The notes: generated by a model from the letters alone, not told the origin. A DNA stretch of 63,126 nucleotides, filler included, from Hyphochytrium catenoides (GCA_900088475.1; 6 parts of 6 records of this genome joined end to end with filler, not necessarily neighbours in it), one strand, 5' to 3'. Counted from the first letter of the whole stretch, positions 38,877-52,844 are shown. Translations and numbers: made by a program.

Positions 38877-40968
38877 NNNNNNNNNNNNNNNNNNNNNNNN
38901 NNNNNNNNNNNNNNNNNNNNGAGAGAGAGAGAGAGAGAGAGAGACGGATAGGAAAGGGTGGGACAGGAGCATCAACTCTTATTCATTTAGCTGACAACGT
39001 TTCTTTTTTCTCTTTCCCCCCACTAATGTCCGCCCAAAAGTAGTCGACCTAACTTTCCCTTATTACTACTCCCAGTAAACGGAAACAAATCCATACAGTT
39101 GCTGTGTTGTAATGTGGGCTATTGTTATGACGAGTCCAGGTGGTTGAGCGCATCATGTCACCACGTTGTAAATTTTTCTTCAAGGAGGCGCTCTTACCTG
39201 AGTGTGAGACAGGCAAAACACAGAACTCAGGCCTTTCTCGGCTATCCTCCGGTCTATTTTCTTAGTTTGATGATATATACGGATTTTCCGTAGCAGAGAT
39301 GAATCAGCTTCCTTAGAGAATGCACGGCCCCGCGTGGAAAAAACCAATCAAAGAGAGTTAATTTACGTTTTCACCCATTAGATTGGACGACAACTTTAGG
39401 AGACAAAACCTATTTCCGTAATTGTGTGTCAGTTTTCGGTTTAGGAATGGGGTTCTCTGACCAATAGTTCTATGTGCAGACATTTCTAGTTGTTGATGGA
39501 TAGTTCTAGATACAGCCACCAACAAATCAAGTCCTTGCTTGTGCACGTCTTTCTTGCTACTGTACCCTAACCTTTTCCTTTTCTTCAAAAAGTTTTAGAA
39601 AGAATTAGGTTTTATACTGGCATATCTTTTAGGCCAGTTTATTCAGAATATAGGTTAGTGTGCGGTAATCTGTCTCTTTGTGGGCATACTTCTTACTCTA
39701 TTGCAAAATATCTCGTTGTTAATTTGGGGACCATTCTCAAAAGAGGGTGGTGAACATTTGGAGATTTTTATTTATTTGTGTAAAGAAATACGACGAAGGA
39801 AACCTGAAGAGATGATCAGAAAAAAATGAGTAAAGGTTCCTAGGGAAGGGAGCAGCTTGGAGAGAAGGAAGATGAGGGACAGACGAGAGGGAGAGAGGGC
39901 GAGAGAGACAGTGTGAGGGCGAGAGAAGAGAGCGAGCGAGAGAGANNNNNNNNNNNNNNNNNNNNNNNNNNNNNNNNNNNNNNNNNNNNNNNNAGAGAGA
40001 GAGAGAGAGAGGGAGAGAGGAGCAGGGAGAGAGAGGAAGAACCAGTCCATGGAGACGACCAGGGAGCCCTTCCCTGCACCCATCAGTCAGTAGTCTTGGT
40101 TCTCTGCCTTGTCATAGCTCTTTCTAAAGGTTGGTCCTTTCCCTTCTCTTCCCAAAGGTCGGACAATCCGGCAGCCAACCATAATCTCTGAATAGCAGAT
40201 TCCGAGCAGTGCGACAGAGATTGAACTTATAAAGAGAATGGGGCACAAACAGATGAGGAGGAAGACAGAAGAGAGCGAGCCGAGAGCACCTCTTTCTCTT
40301 GATGGACGGTAGCTACAGCACGAGACAGAAGGTGCGCATACGAGAGTCAATATCCTATCACCCACTAGCCATACAAAGGTGTCTGCTTTTGGTCGACAGA
40401 AATATGTGCTAGAGCTTTCTCCTGTCGCGCCGTCCGTTTGCCCAAATGACTCGCTTCTAAGGTGCCCAGAAGCGACTATGATGAGGTGAGCCAAATATTG
40501 AGAGGTAGGTGGACATGGTGAGACACTAAGAGTCCAGCATGCGATGAAACATAGAAGAAGAGAGAGAGAGAAAGGCACATATCTCTTCAGTGAGCGAGCG
40601 ATGTCCACAGACAGATTGCCACCAGACAAGACCAAAGAAGACGGGGAATAAATCCACAGAATTGAGAGACGATGGTCAGCATTGCCTCTTATCGCCAAGG
40701 ACATGTGCCATTGTCGTAGGACAACGAGGAGAAGAAGAAGGAAATTAAGAGTTATGGTGGTTGAGGGTCTTCGAATTAGGAACAGTGAACTGTCTGTGGA
40801 CATCGTAGTAGGATCCTTGTCTAGACAGGAGAAGAAGGTATCAGTGGTATGACGAAAGAAAGACGGATGATGATAGGAAGAACAGCTGTAATAAGGACAG
40901 CAGAGCCCAAGAATGAGAGACAAAAGAGATAGAAAAGATGAAGAGAGGATCCATTATGTGAGCTTTCG

Positions 40969-41053
40969 ATCAGCGATGCAGAGGTGGAGAGTTGTAACTG
41001 AGGAGGAGCTTCAATCAGCGATGCAGAGGTGGAGAGTTGTAAATGAGGAGGAG
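40969..41053. repeat. 45-bp tandem duplication
   Basis: atcagcgatgcagaggtggagagttgtaa[c/a]tgaggaggag at 40969 and 41014. Confidence 0.9.
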
Positions 41054-42787
41054 ACTCCGTCATCCTTTTGCTTTGCCGATGGGGAGTCTTATCGCTTAAA
41101 CTTTGGTAAAGTGCAAGTGCGTGCGGCAGAGGAGAAAAAGAGTGGGAGAGAAAGAGAAAGAAGGACTATCTAGGAAGCTCCAGTATTTCCAGCCTGAATA
41201 GAAGTAAGGCTTTGCGGTGTCGGCGGCAAAAAAGCAGAGCGTTGCTTGAGCGTTGCTTGCAAGGCTAAGAGGTTGAATGAGAGAGTATCGCAATTGTGAG
41301 TAAGGAGTGCACGGAAAGTGACACATAAGAGAGAGACAGCAAGAGCAGATCGCGGTCAGTCAAAGATCATGAAAGAGGAAAAGTCCATAACCTTCAGAAT
41401 GCGTGGCCATTCCAATGAGAAGGCTCGATGCTTATAGAAGACTTTTTCTACTGTTATATAGCGGCACACGTAGATCTCCTAATTCCACTCCTGTGTGCAA
41501 CAGGTCCCTGCATCTTCTGCCTTTTGCCTTGAAAGGCTAGCCAATCTACGCCTCAATGCCGCAAGGGGTAGAGAGAGAGAGTGAATGAAAGGCGCGCTGC
41601 AAGGAGAAAAATCGACTAGGAAGGGGTTGTACATATATATCGGTCCATGCTGAGAAGATATAGACAGCAAGCAAAGAAGATGTAGGAGAAAGGCAAACAC
41701 CGAGAGTACGAGAGCAAAAGACGGACACTTAACGACGGAAGAGAAATAGAGACAGGAGACAGCTACCCTAGTGACACAGTGAGGAACAAAATAACAAGAG
41801 CTTTAGAAAGAGAGACAAGTTGAGGACGAGAAAGGAGATCGAGGAAACAGAGAGAGATGTAGAGACCAAGAGAGCATATTGACAGAGGAGCCGTGATAGA
41901 CGAATGGCATGTGAGAGTAGAGACAAAGCGAGAGAGAAAGAGTATGATGAGAGAAAAGAGAGAGAGAGAGAAAGAAAAGCACCTCCCAGTCTCTCTCTCT
42001 CTCTCTTCTTCCAATGAAAAGGAGTGCGCTGGTGAAGCTGGTCGGTGGGGCCACCAGGAACTGGGTCTTTCCTTATTCTCCCTTACTTTTCGGTTTTGAA
42101 TACTCTGTTTCTCCTCTCTTTTAGGTGTTCGCTCTGCTGCGCGACGACTTTATTCTGTCCAACGCAGCTCTGTCGTCCTCCCTGTTTCATTCTTGGCTCC
42201 TTCGAGGGTCAACAAAGATTCTTATTAGCCTGTTTTGCTTCCTTTCTTCCGTGGTCTCAGTACCTTCTTCTGAGGCCATGGTATATCGTCCTCGCCTTAG
42301 TAAGCTATGCTCCGTATATGATCTAAGCTTTACGTCGTTTCGCCCTTTATCTGACGGAGACCGAGACGACGCCCAGCCCTCTTTGAAGGGAAGGTAGACC
42401 AGCAGGACAAGCAGTTTAGTATCGACAATGAAAGACGGCTACAGACTATCAGTCATAAAGCAAAAGTCCAGCTCAGGCTTGATTTGCGAGACTTGTTAGA
42501 CAAAGCTCAAGTGGAGCTCTAGCGTAGAGACTGTAGAACCTGACAAGAGCCATAAACGGAGATCTGACGAAGAAGGTTTAAAGGCCAAGAAGTTGATTTC
42601 TGAAGCAGCGATAAAAAATCTCTGTTTATGGTCATCGCGCAGAGCTGGCAACTGTGCGTCGTTGTTGTACGTATAAATTCATGAAGTTTAGACGGGCAGA
42701 ACAGGTAGTCTGTATCTGGGTTTGGGGATGTATCCGAATCTGAGCTTTAGAGCTGTATCATTGATGCGAATCTTATGTATGGTGCTC

Positions 42788-43017
42788 TGTCTCTCTCTCT
42801 CTCTCTCTCTCTGTTTCTCTCACTTTCTGTCTCTTTTTCACTCTCTCTAGCTCGCTCGCTCGCTCTTTCTCGCTCTCTCTCTCGCTCTCCCCCTTCAGCT
42901 CTCTCTCTCTTTTTCTCTCTCTCTGTCTCTACGCATACATAGTCTCTATCTTTCCTCCACCCTCCTTCTCTCTCTTTCTGTCTCTCTTTCTCTCTCTCGC
43001 TCTCGCTCGCTCGCTCG

Positions 43018-43064
<47 letters not shown>

Positions 43065-43630
43065 TTCAGCTGTCTCTCTCTCTCTTTTTCTCTCTCTCTG
43101 TCTCTACGCATACATAGGCTTTTCCTCCACCCTCACCCTCTCTTCTACCTCTCTCTCTCTCCATCTCTCTTTCTCGCACCTTTGAAAACCCCTTGAGGTT
43201 CTTTCCTCTCCCTGCCTCAGGGTGGTCTCACCCACACCAGGACGTGCGCTGTGTCTCTTCAGTAGCGAGGGCTTGCTCTCTCCGCCGCTGTCTCTTCCGC
43301 TGCTGCCAGGCCATTCTTGTCACACATAGGAGGTCGAGACCAACAGCTAAGACGGGAAAGGAGATAAAGAGAGAGAGACTGACGAACAGAGAGAGACAGA
43401 CAACGAGAGAGAGAGAGTCTGTGTGTGACTGGAGCATGAGGCCGTGAACATTGCAGCCAGACTGTAAAAGCCCAGAGAGAGAGAGAGAAGAGAGACAGAA
43501 AAGAGAAAATAGCCAGAGAACGAGACGTCTGGCGAAAGAAACCAGACAAACAGAGAGAGAAAGAGACAGACAGACAGACAAACAGACAGAGAAAGAGACA
43601 GGCAGACAGACAAACCGAGAGAAAGAGGAA
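42788..43630. repeat. (CT)n then (GA)n microsatellite block upstream of DPAGT1, with ~170-bp internal duplication
   Basis: cccttcagct...ctacgcatacatag...tttcctccaccctc at ~42891 and ~43062. Confidence 0.8.
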
Positions 43631-43632
43631 CT

Positions 43633-44311
43633 ATGAAGCTCTCCTCCGCCTTTCTCGCCATTCTTCCTCTTCTTCCCTTCTCGTTGGTGCTGCTCTGGGC
43701 GACTGAGAGCCCAGAATTCATGGACGAGACGGTCGCTCAGGTGCTGAGCGCGCTGGGACTGGGAGCGTTGGGCTATGTCCTCACGCTCATCACCATTCCC
43801 ATCCTCGCGCCTAAGATGCCCGCCATTCTGACAGGGAAGGATCTGTGTAAGAAAGGAACAACAGAGGGAGAGAAGCCGATGTCAGTACCTTGCTCTGGTT
43901 GTCTCTCTCTCTCTGTGTCTCTCTACTTGTTCCCCTCTCTCTCTCTTTCTTTACCTTTCTGTCTCCTTTACCTTTCCCTTCTGTTTCTCGCCAGCACGCG
44001 TTCTCTCTCTCTTTCTCTCTCTCTGTCTGCTGTACCTCTCTCTCGCTTCCCTTCCCTCTCTCTCTCTCTTCGTTTACCTCTCTCTCTCTCTCCGTTGTGC
44101 TTCTCTCTCTCTCTCTCTCTCTCTCGTCGTCTCTGTCACTGGTTTTCTGAGCCTCCCTCTACTCTCTCTTCTTCTCTAACTCTGTTCTCCTCGGTCATCT
44201 TTCTCGCAGCCATTATAGCTGTCTTTGCGCTTGTCTCACTCGCTGTTCTAAGTCTCCTCACCCCTCTCTGTCTCTTTCTTTCTTTCTCTCTTTCTTTCTT
44301 TCTTTTTTCTT

Positions 44312-44365
<54 letters not shown>

Positions 44366-44975
44366 TCGCTTTCTTCCCCACTTTCTACCCTGCTCTACCC
44401 TCCTTCTCTCTCTCTTTCTGGCCCCCTTGTGATTCCTTCTCTTCTATGTCTGGTACAGCCCGGAATCGATGGGCATCGCGTCTGGCATCTCTTGCCTCAT
44501 CTGCATCATCATCTCGCAGGTCTTCTTCGGAGAGACAGCGGCACAGGTGAGAGATTCTTTATGTCTCTCTCTCTCTTCCTGAGTTGGTTTCCTTGTTGCT
44601 CTTGATACTTCTCTCCTCTCCCTTTCCCTTCTATAGATTCTCGCTCTCAACTGTCCCTTTCCAGTTCTCCTTGTCTCGCATCTTCTCCACTCTTTTGCTC
44701 TCTCTCTCTCATACCATCTCTCTTCCCTGCTTCTCTCTCTTGCTCGACTATCTTTTCGCTCGGCTTTCTTTCCTTCGCTTTTTATTCTCTTCTTTTCTTT
44801 CTTTTCTGTCGACCTTTGTCCCCATCTACTCTATTTCGTGTTATCCTGACAGTTCTCCCTCCCTGTTTCTCTCAAAACGATGAGTCTCTGTTCTGTTTCT
44901 CCAACTTCTTTGACTTATCTCTTTTTANNNNNNNNNNNNNNNNNNNNNNNNNNNNNNNNNNNNNNNNNNNNNNNN

Positions 44976-45007
<32 letters not shown>

Positions 45008-45470
45008 ACTCTCTCTGCCCCGTCTGCTCTCTCTTTCCCTTCCTCCCCTTTCTCTTGTTCCCTCTCTCTCCTTCTCTCTCTCCTTCTTTCTTTCTTTCTT
45101 TCTCTCTCTCTCTCTCTCTCTCCTTGCTCTCCCTCGCAGCTGGCAATGTACAACGCTGCGCTGCTTTCAATCTGTTTCATGCTTCTTTTGGGCTTCTGTG
45201 ACGATGTGGTCGATCTGCCCTGGAGAGTGAAGCTCTTTCTCCCTCCGATCGCTGCGCTCCCTCTCCTCTGTACATATGACGGGATAACCTCCATTGTCCT
45301 GCCCAAGCCTGTGCGCTTTCTCTTTGACAATGACGGGATCCTGCAGAAGCCAGCAGACATTCTCTTTCAGGTGGATAAGAACTCGGGCGGAGCCATCATT
45401 GACCTGGGTGAGTGGCTGAGAGAAAGAGAGAGTGTGGGCGGGATAGGAAGGACAGAAAGGGAACAGACAG

Positions 45471-45501
<31 letters not shown>

Positions 45502-47742
45502 GGAAAGAGAGACAGAGAAAAGGAGGGGCAGACAGAGGTAAAGTGGCAGAAAAGTAGAGGTGGCATACAGAGATAAGGGCCAGACAGAGAGAGAGGGAGT
45601 GACAGAAAATTGACCGAGACGGGAGAGAAACAAAGAGATGGTGAGAGAGAGGAATCAAGGAGGAGAGAGAAGAGGAATAGAGAGAAAGAAAGGAGAGAAA
45701 GACGAAGACAGAAGAGGGAAAAGGTTGAAAGAAGGTAGGAAGTGGATTCTACAAGGTTGTTCATATTTTCTCCTCTCTTCTCGTCTGTGGATATCTCCGC
45801 AGTATTTCATTTCAGAGATGTCTCACTCCTCTTCTTTTTCTTTCCGTCGCTCTTCTTTCTCTCTCTTTTCTCTCTCTGTCTCTCGGCCGGCGCTTGGGGC
45901 TACCCTCAGGCATCTTTTACAAGGTTTACATGTTGGCACTCGCCGTCTTCTGCACCAACTCCATCAACATCTACGCAGGGATTAATGGGCTGGAAGCTGG
46001 ACAGGTAAGAGAGAAGGAGAGACGCGGAGAGCACCATTGAACGGGAAACCATAATTTGTTAATAAGAAAGAAGAAGAGAGAGAGAGAGAGAAGAGATGCA
46101 TAGCGAGATGACGCATGGACCGGGAGAACAATCGGGGAGACAGGTTGATCACCTGTAAGGGAGACACACAGAAAGGGCGAGGGGTTATGTCCAAGAGAGA
46201 GAGGCGTGTTCCCTAATCGGTCTTCTATTGGCTCGATGATCAAGGCTTTTATTATCGCCTGTGCGGTGGCCACTCAGAATATCATAGAGATCACTCGCTC
46301 TTATGACTCAGGTGCAGTGTGCTTCTCTCATCTGTATCGGCCCTCTCTCTCTTTCTTCTTTCTCTCTCTCTTTCTTCTTTCTTTCTCTCTTTCTTCTTTC
46401 TCTCTCCCGCTCAACCTCTCTGCGCGTCTCGGTCTCGTTCTCCTATGTAACAAATGTACCTTCCCTGGTCTCGTTAAATCATCTCTCCATCTCTCACTTC
46501 TTACTTGTCTTTCAACCTCGCAATCTTTCTCGCTCTACAGTCTCTCTCTGTCTTTTTCATCGTGATACCCTTTCAACTAAGGGAAGTGTCTCCTTTCTAT
46601 ATGACTCTCTCCCGGAGATAACCCTTATTCGTAACCTTTGACGTCTATCTTCTCTATGACCTCGTTGGAGCACAGAGCACTATCATCAGTTTTCTCTCGT
46701 GGTGATGATCCCCTTCATTGGATCCACCCTAGGCTTGTTGCGCTTTAACTGGTGAGAGAAAGAGAGAGAGAGACAATGAGAAAAGAGGAAGAGGACGGGA
46801 CATTTCCTTGTGTTCTTTGTCTTGGACTTGACCTTCAGTCTTTCATTCGCTATCTTCTGGGTCAATGACTTCTCTTTCCTTCTTGGAACTTCTCTTTCCA
46901 AGAAGCCATTCTCCTTCTCTCTTCTTTCCTCTTTCTCACGCTAAGTGCTTACCCTTCTCTGCGCCAGGTATCCATCACAAGTGTTTGTCGGAGATACCTT
47001 TACCTATTTTGCAGGAATGACCTTCGCGGTCGCGGGCATCTTGGGCCATTTCTCGAAGACTCTTCTCTTTTTCTTTCTCCCTCAAGTCCTTAATTTTATT
47101 TACTCTCTCCCACAACTTTTTAAGCTAGTGCCCTGTCCCAGACATCGCTTACCAAGGTAAGACTAAACCGGTGTCTCAGGGTACCTTGTCGCCAGAGGAA
47201 AGAGAGAGCGTGTGTGGGCGAGAGACAGAGCGAGAGAGAGAGAGAGAGAGGCGAGAGGAGGGGACCTACGCTGAGGAGGTGACAGGAGATTGGAGGGGAA
47301 AATGAAGAGAAAGAAAGAGAAAGAGAGAAAGAAGAAGCCACAGACACGGAGGGGGAGAATAGACGAGCGGAGACGAAAGGGCAGGGAACCAAGAAAGCAG
47401 TGCAGACAAGGAGAGGACAGAAGAGAGATCACTCCCTCTCTCTTTATCTTCGCTTTCTGGAACTATCGAAGCGTAGCGCTGGTCCCATGCCTCTGAGCCT
47501 TTTGTTTTTCTAACACGTCTCTCGTACCTCGCTCCATTAGGTACAATCCGGCCACAGGTCTACTGGAGCCTTCTATGATCCCAGGCACGCATCGGGCCAA
47601 TCTCACTCTTCTAAACCTCTGCCTCTCTCTCTTTGGGCCGATGAGAGAGAGGTCGCTCGTCCTTCTCCTTCTATCGTTCCAAGCCCTCTGCTGCGTCCTC
47701 ACCTTTGTCATTAGATATCAACTCGTCGGCTACCTCTACTAA
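43633..47742 (+). CDS. DPAGT1: UDP-GlcNAc:dolichyl-phosphate GlcNAc-1-phosphotransferase (8 exons)
   Basis: [112 protein letters not shown]...GPMRE; in-frame GT-AG junctions; TAA 47740-47742. Confidence 0.95.
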
Positions 47743-48385
47743 GGCTTGGAAGGATAGGAAAAGAGAGAGACAGAGAGAGAACGAGACGCCACGCACAGGC
47801 AGAAACCCAGTGACATCCTCCACTTATTCTTACTTGCTCAACAAGTCTAAAGGAAGGAACCTCGTGATAGGGGGAAAGGGGCCTGAGTCAGAGCAATATA
47901 TTGGCTTATAGATCAAGACAATCTTGTTTCTCTTCTCTTTATGTTTCACTTCTTGTTCCTTCTTAGGCTGCTGTCTTGCCCAGACCCAGCTAGCTCTTTG
48001 TAGAGCCGCTGGAGCTCACCGTTTAGTTGCATTCCGAGAGGAGTAACTAAGATGCCTTCATAATAAACCTATTATGAAGGCGAAAGACCAAGCGCAAAGG
48101 GGACACCTACTACAGGGAAAGAGAGACGAGAGAGAGAGATGTCTGCATCGGCAGAGACGACTTCAGGCAGGATCCGCATGGAAATATCAAAGATTTCCCT
48201 CTAAAACCCTGGACATATTCAGTGGCCTCGGACCGACAGATTCCTTTTACCTCTGGTGACAGAGAGAGAGAGAGGAGAAACTCTGCCCTTACAGGATTGT
48301 CTCTCCCTGGTTCTCCTGGGGCCGCTCTGCTTATCTATCAAAATGCTTGGCGTTTGCCGCTTGACGAGAAAGATTTTTGAGACAG

Positions 48386-49536
48386 TTACGCATTTCTTCT
48401 CTGCTGATCTACGTTGTGAGAGGGAAGAGACGCAAGCAGCGGCGCCCATGGGTCTGCTAAGAATGACTCTTTGAAGTAGGCGGAAGGAGGTGCTCTCTCT
48501 CCGGACCTACAATAAGGAGAGGATATGGAGAAGAGAAGGAAGATTAGCATTTGTGATGAGAGGAAGCACTGGACCTGCTCTACGTTGAATCAGAGAAGGT
48601 AATAAAAGATGATTCATAAGCACTGAACGGACATACTGGCCCAGACGAGAGAGACAAAGGGAGCCACAGAACCACGAAGAGAGAGAGAGAGAGAGACAAA
48701 GAGAGAGAGAGAGAGAGNNNNNNNNNNNNNNNNNNNNNNNNNNNNNNNNNNNNNNNNGAGAGAGAGAGAGAGAGACTTTCACACTAACAAACAGCAGGAC
48801 CGAAGAACAAAAGCAGACCTGCAGACGGTTGTTAGAACGACCTTTGTACATATCGAAGGTGGGGAAGAGAAAACGAAGTTGCCAAGCTAACGTCAAAAGC
48901 TTTGCTTACCGATGTTCTTGAGAACCTCTAGAGCCTCCTCCACCTCCATAATGACCTACTCATGTCCCGATAGAGGCCAAAGGGAACGAGAGAGAAAGAG
49001 GGAGAGAGAGAGAACAATAGGGAGAGAAATGCAGTTAGAGAGAGAAAGATACGAATGCGTTATCCCTAATGGTGAGCATGCTGAGGAACAGAGATTGAAC
49101 TTAGGAAAATCGAGGAACCTGAGAACCAAACAGATACGGAGAAATCAAGAGAAAGACTAGGGAAGGAAGGTGAGATGAGAGAGAGAAAGTGAAATGAGAG
49201 AGACAAACATTCATTGAAAGAGAGACACACATCGAAAGACATGTCTCTCTCTCCTACAGTCGATGATCCTCTTACCTCTTCCCGGCCTTGCTCCTCTCCC
49301 TCTTCCTCTCCCTCTCTGATGATGGTACGAAGGAGGCGCTCCCTGACTCCAGGCGGGCGGCGGGCCGTTCCACTGCATTCCGAAGGGAGGACCAGGAGGA
49401 GGAAGAAGGGAAGAACGAGGCCCAGCGGCAAAGACTCCGGCTCTTTCTGTTATACTTTGGGCTGGGAGGTAGCAAGCGGTACGAGTTCAAAAAGAGAAAT
49501 ACCATCAGTGTCAGAGACAGAACACACACCCAGAGG

Positions 49537-49572
<36 letters not shown>

Positions 49573-50678
49573 TAAGGAATGAACCGCGAGGGGAATGATA
49601 AAGAAGGACAGTCAGACAAACCAAATGGGAGATGAACTATTGATAAAGTGATGAGGAAAAAGAGAAGAGAGAGAGGGAAGATGAGAGAGAAGAGTCAAAC
49701 AAAGAGGGATATGGAAGAGAGCTCAGTGAGGAAGAGAGAGAGAGAGATAGACAGCGCCCCTTAGAGAAAGATCTGTTTCAGAAGACAGGTGCGAAATCCG
49801 AAAGAAAGAGAAAGGAGTCGAGCAAAGCAGTCGCAAGCACAGACGGAGAAGAGACAAAATTAAGAAAGAGTATGCGTGCCGCCCAAAGAAAAATAAGAGG
49901 GAAGGAGACAAAAAAGATAATAAGAAAGATGAAAAGACAACGAGGGAAAGGCATAGAGAGAAAAAGACGAAGGTAGAGAGGGCACAGCAAGAGGAGACAG
50001 AAAGAGAGAAAGAAAAAAAAGCAGAGAGGAGAAAACAAGGCAGCCAGCAAACTGAGAGACAGAGAGAGAAAGAAAGGGAGGAGTGAGGCAGGTTGGACAC
50101 CTTGTTCACTCAGAAGAGGAGGCGGAGGAACAGATTCAAGGCTATCTTTCTCTCTTGTTGGTTCGGTGAAGATCGTTGACGAAATGGGCGCCGAGCCGTC
50201 CACGAGCGGGTTGAAGAGACGAATCTTTTTGGCTGCAGTTTGGAGCGAGAGAGAGTGAGAAATAGGCGGGTGTTCGGGCCGCAGCGAGGGAGAGAGAGCA
50301 GTAGCAAACAATGCAAAGGGTTTGAGAGAGAGCCAGAGAAAGAGATAGAGAGAGAGCTAGCGGAAGACAAAGAGATATACGGGGTCGACCGGAGCAAGAA
50401 GAAAGGTCCGATGGATGCGATGAAGACAGAAGGGATGTGGGAGACAGTGAGAGAGAGAAAAGAGAGAGAGAAGGGGAGAGAGAGAACTGATCATGACAGA
50501 GAGACGGATCCTTACGACTCTTAGCTCCTGTTGTTGGCTCCCTTGGAGCTTGGGGAGAGGCAGACGAGGTGGCAACTCGGGCTCTCTCCTTGAGCAACGC
50601 TAGTCGAGCGCGGCGATCGGTTTGATTCTCTTCTCTCACGGGCTTCTCTTCTTCCTCCTCGGGTTCCTCATCTGCCAT
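48386..50678 (-). CDS. SICKLE/MPLKIP(TTDN1)-like Pro/Gly/Arg-rich protein (5 exons)
   Basis: Spliced model MADEEPEEE...DRRARLALLKERA...S|PKKIRLFNPLVD...EQ|AQSITERAG...PPPGPPFGMQWNGPPPAWSQGAPPSYHHQRGRGRGRGARPGR|GHYGGGGGSRGSQEH|RSGERAPPSAYFKESFLADPWAPLL...*. All junctions GT-AG and in phase; C-terminal YFKxSxLxDPW is the MPLKIP motif. Confidence 0.75.
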
Positions 50679-52844
50679 TCTCCTGCCGTTCCTAGGGCTG
50701 AGACCAGGGAGGATGGCAAAAGGATCCGAAGAGACCGCAAGAGAGACAGAGAAAAGAGTCAAAATGGAAAGAGAGAGAGAGAGAGACACAGACAGAGCTT
50801 TGAAGGATAATGAGAGTTGGCCTGTTGGCCTCTGTCAGCTGCTGAAGATTGTCTTCTCATGCAAGAAGCAAGCAGCAGAGCAACAGGAACTCTGTCTCTG
50901 TGACTTTTGTCCCCTCTTTTGAAGATAGATCATAGTGATGGCTCTCTTTCGGGCTCTATCTCCCTCATACTCTTCTCTCTCCTCTCTCTCTCTCTGCTCT
51001 CTCTCTCTCTCTGTGTTTCACTCTCTGTCTCTCTCTCGCTCTGTTTCGCTCACTCTCTCTCTCACTCGCTCTCTGTCGTTCCTAGCTTTCTCCCTTCTCT
51101 CTGTCAGCTCACTCTCTCCCTTGTCTCTCGCTCTTTATCATAAATTCTCTTCTCTGTCTCTCTCTGTCTCTCTCTCTCTCTCTGTCTCTCTCTTCCCCTC
51201 TTCTTTCTTCCTCATACAAAGCCGCTAACGGCTATCACGTCAGGTAACAGATGTACAACGCTTCTCGCCACCAGTGAGTTAGTGCTGTCGTCGTACAACG
51301 AACAGATTGTTTACTACTACCAGGCCGCGTTTCTTTCTTCTCCAGTTAGTTATTCCCTTCTTGCTTTCGTGGGACCTCCTCCTTTCTTCCTTTCCTTTGT
51401 TTTTCTCTCTATATGTTCTTCCTCTTCTTGTCTGCCTCGCCTCTTCTCCCTTTATAAAAAGAAGTAGTACTTTCATTCTTATCCTTTCCTCTCTTCTCCT
51501 CCCACCACTTTCTCTTCTTGTTATTTTTATCTTCTGCTCTCGATGACGATGATGGCCGATGTTGGTGTGTTGGTCATCATCATCAAAGATCAATATTTCC
51601 TATAGATAGTGTGTGGCTTCTTCTTCTTTCTGATTCTGGAGCTCCTCTTTCGGTTTGTTGTTCCTTTCCTTCTTGTTCACATCTTTCTGATTCTTATTGT
51701 TATTGTGCCAACTAACTACTACTACTCTAACTGCTGGTCGTCGTCGTTAGCTTAATCAACGATTTCATTGCCAAGAATAGAAGAGTTGATTGGTTCGTCG
51801 TATACCTTGCGCGGCGTTTTCACGTTCTGTTCTTACCTCCTCCATGGCTTACATCTCTCCATAATCATTCTCCGACTCCGTGAGACTCCATGACATCCTT
51901 CTCAACAGCGTAACGTTCCTCTCCTCCTGCTGTTTGTCCGCTCTTCTCATCATTTCTCTACTACCTCGGTTTCTCTTCCTTTCATCCTCCTCCTTACCTT
52001 TTTTTAATCATGATCTTCCTTCCCCAGTTCTGTCCTTCTTTCCCCTTTGACTATAGTCCTCGCTTGGGTATCAAAAGGAAGCCGCTACTGCTTCTTCTCC
52101 ATCCCGTGATGTGCTCCACTATGTGGCACCTCTTTCTCCCCACAGCTCCGGCTGAGCAGCACATCTTTGATCACCTATCTTTTTCTTCTACTGCTTCTCT
52201 CGTTGGTGGAGTAGGGACACAGCAGCAGCCCTCCGATATCTCTTCGTTTACCAGTCTCTTCATAACCAATCGGAAGTAGTGTTATTATTATTGCGTAGAA
52301 CCTCCTATCAATCATCTTCCGTAAGAGGAGGAGGAGCTTCTTCTTGCTGTCTCATAAATTTGATGATGATGAAGATCTTGGCCCACGGAGATGACTGCTG
52401 ACAACTCTGTTTTTGTGTCAATGTGCTCTGTCTCTTCTCTCGCTACTTTTGCTGCCGCTTCTACTTAAGGGCCCTGATTATCGGCACCCGTATACAATAG
52501 TACTGCATACGGGTCTGACCGTTAGCGCTCCTCCATACTGCCCTGTATGGCTGTACAGATTTCTGGCATGACTATCAGGATCTTGCTTGTACACTACTGA
52601 ATCGGGACGGTTAACGGTCTTATATGAGTTTCCCGCCAAAAGACTTGGCAACAAAGCTTTATCACATCTTCTCACACCTCCCATCTCTCCTCTTCTCCAT
52701 ACATTCTACGGCAGAACATCTTATCATCTCACACTGGCCGGGTCCTTCATCTATCATTTTCCAGATTACCAAGAGCTCGCCACAACAACAAGGACCAACA
52801 GCAACTATTGATTTTTCTTCTCCTTCGAGAGTGTGCATAATAGG

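Noticed and set aside
27574-51228. SLSLSL/RERERE ORFs
   Set aside because: Translations of (GA/CT)n microsatellites in introns and intergenic DNA.
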